Shown here: positions 63,040 through 64,000 of the stretch, in pieces
Numbering within the stretch: the first letter of the stretch is position 1
Layout: every line of letters begins with the position of its first letter
NCBI RefSeq assembly: GCF_009914755.1
Contig: NC_060934.1
Length of the DNA: 64,000 nucleotides
Strand: one strand, 5' to 3'
DNA from: the human T2T-CHM13v2.0 reference genome, Homo sapiens
Made by a program: the position numbers and the translations under genes
Notes under the pieces: generated by a model
Seen by the model: the letters and a program-made list of their open reading frames with translations, nothing else
Databases searched by the model: none
What the model was told of the DNA's origin: nothing

Positions 63040-63720
63040 CATGAGCAACTGACTTTTCTTGAAGAGGCCAAAGGGACTGTAAAAAATACTGGTTTAAAAG
63101 ACATAGGAGTTTATTTTTCCCTCATATAATCATCCCAAGGTCACTGGTTCAGATTGCTGAGGAGACTCTGCTCCAAGTGGTCATTCGGGGATCCAGTTTC
63201 ATATTTTCTGCTGCTTTGCCATCCTCTAACAAAGGCGTTAGGAAACTTTTGTTATCAGGAGCCAGATAGTAATATTTTCTGGTTTTGTAGGTCATATGAT
63301 CCCTCTCACAACAACTACTCAACTTTGCTGTTGTAGCACAAAAGCAGTCAGAGATAATTCACTAATCTTTACAAAAACAATCAGTGAGTTGGATTTGACC
63401 CAAAGGTCATAGGTTTCCAATTTCTGCTCGAGTGTTGCTACGTGCATGGTTCAAGCTGGACCATAAGGTGCTTCCGTATTCAAGCTCACAGGAAGGAAAA
63501 TGAACACACAGCTTAGGTAGGAAGCCCTAAACCTATGACGGCTCATATCATATCACTTCTACTCACATTTTACTGGCAAGAATAGTCATACATCCATAGT
63601 GAGCTATGAGGGAGGCTAGGAAATTCAGTCACTAGCTGGGCAACATGTGCACAGCCTAACATTACTACTATTAATAAAGGGAGGATGGGTTTTTGTTGGC
63701 AATCAATTATTTCTACTACA
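63040..63720 (-). mobile_element. MLT1I/J-like LTR interrupted by MER58A (63230-63426)
   Basis: MER58A text gccagatagtaatatttt...actactcaactttgctgttgtagcac lies inside MLT1 text. Confidence 0.75.
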
Positions 63721-64000
63721 CCGGTCAAAATTACTGGAAGAGTTATCTATATTCCTTCTTACTCTTCCACAGCCTGGTACCTAGCACAGTGCCTGACGTA
63801 CAGAACAAGTTGAAGTGAATACTTGAATGAACGCATGAATGAAAACCAAAGCTGAACTACATGCTAAATCATTGGCTAAGTTTTCTCACCAGCCAAGTGA
63901 CTTGTTCTAATACAACGGCCTCCCAGTTCCGTTCAGACTATCCAAAATCATACCTCAGGAAAAGGAAAGTGAGTGTTTGCCATGCACCTGCTAATTCTGA

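Overview
Human genomic DNA: Alu/L1/MIR/MaLR-rich, with one Alu carrying all five AluYa5 diagnostic bases. There is no complete protein-coding gene, and essentially all listed ORFs are Alu-derived or chance ORFs. Two phase-1 terminal-exon candidates on the + strand (5529- and 26899-) would give 116-aa and 193-aa proteins if spliced to the CARD-encoding exon of CRADD/RAIDD (split codon G100). Those lengths match my recollection of annotated CRADD short isoforms, so the window is probably the distal 3' end of CRADD and downstream intergenic DNA on chr12q22 (from memory, not verified by search). Notable structure: (1) the distal exon is an exonized antisense MaLR LTR whose stop codon and poly(A) signal come from a second LTR; (2) a U6 snRNA/L1 chimeric retrocopy with a target-site duplication (TSD); (3) three short local duplications, each copied about 2.0-2.3 kb downstream, plus one at 21.8 kb; (4) a twin-primed L1 next to a palindromic double CRE; (5) an AluYa5 nested in an older Alu tail; (6) an ERVL pol relic. 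Repeat subfamily calls and identities are by eye and approximate.
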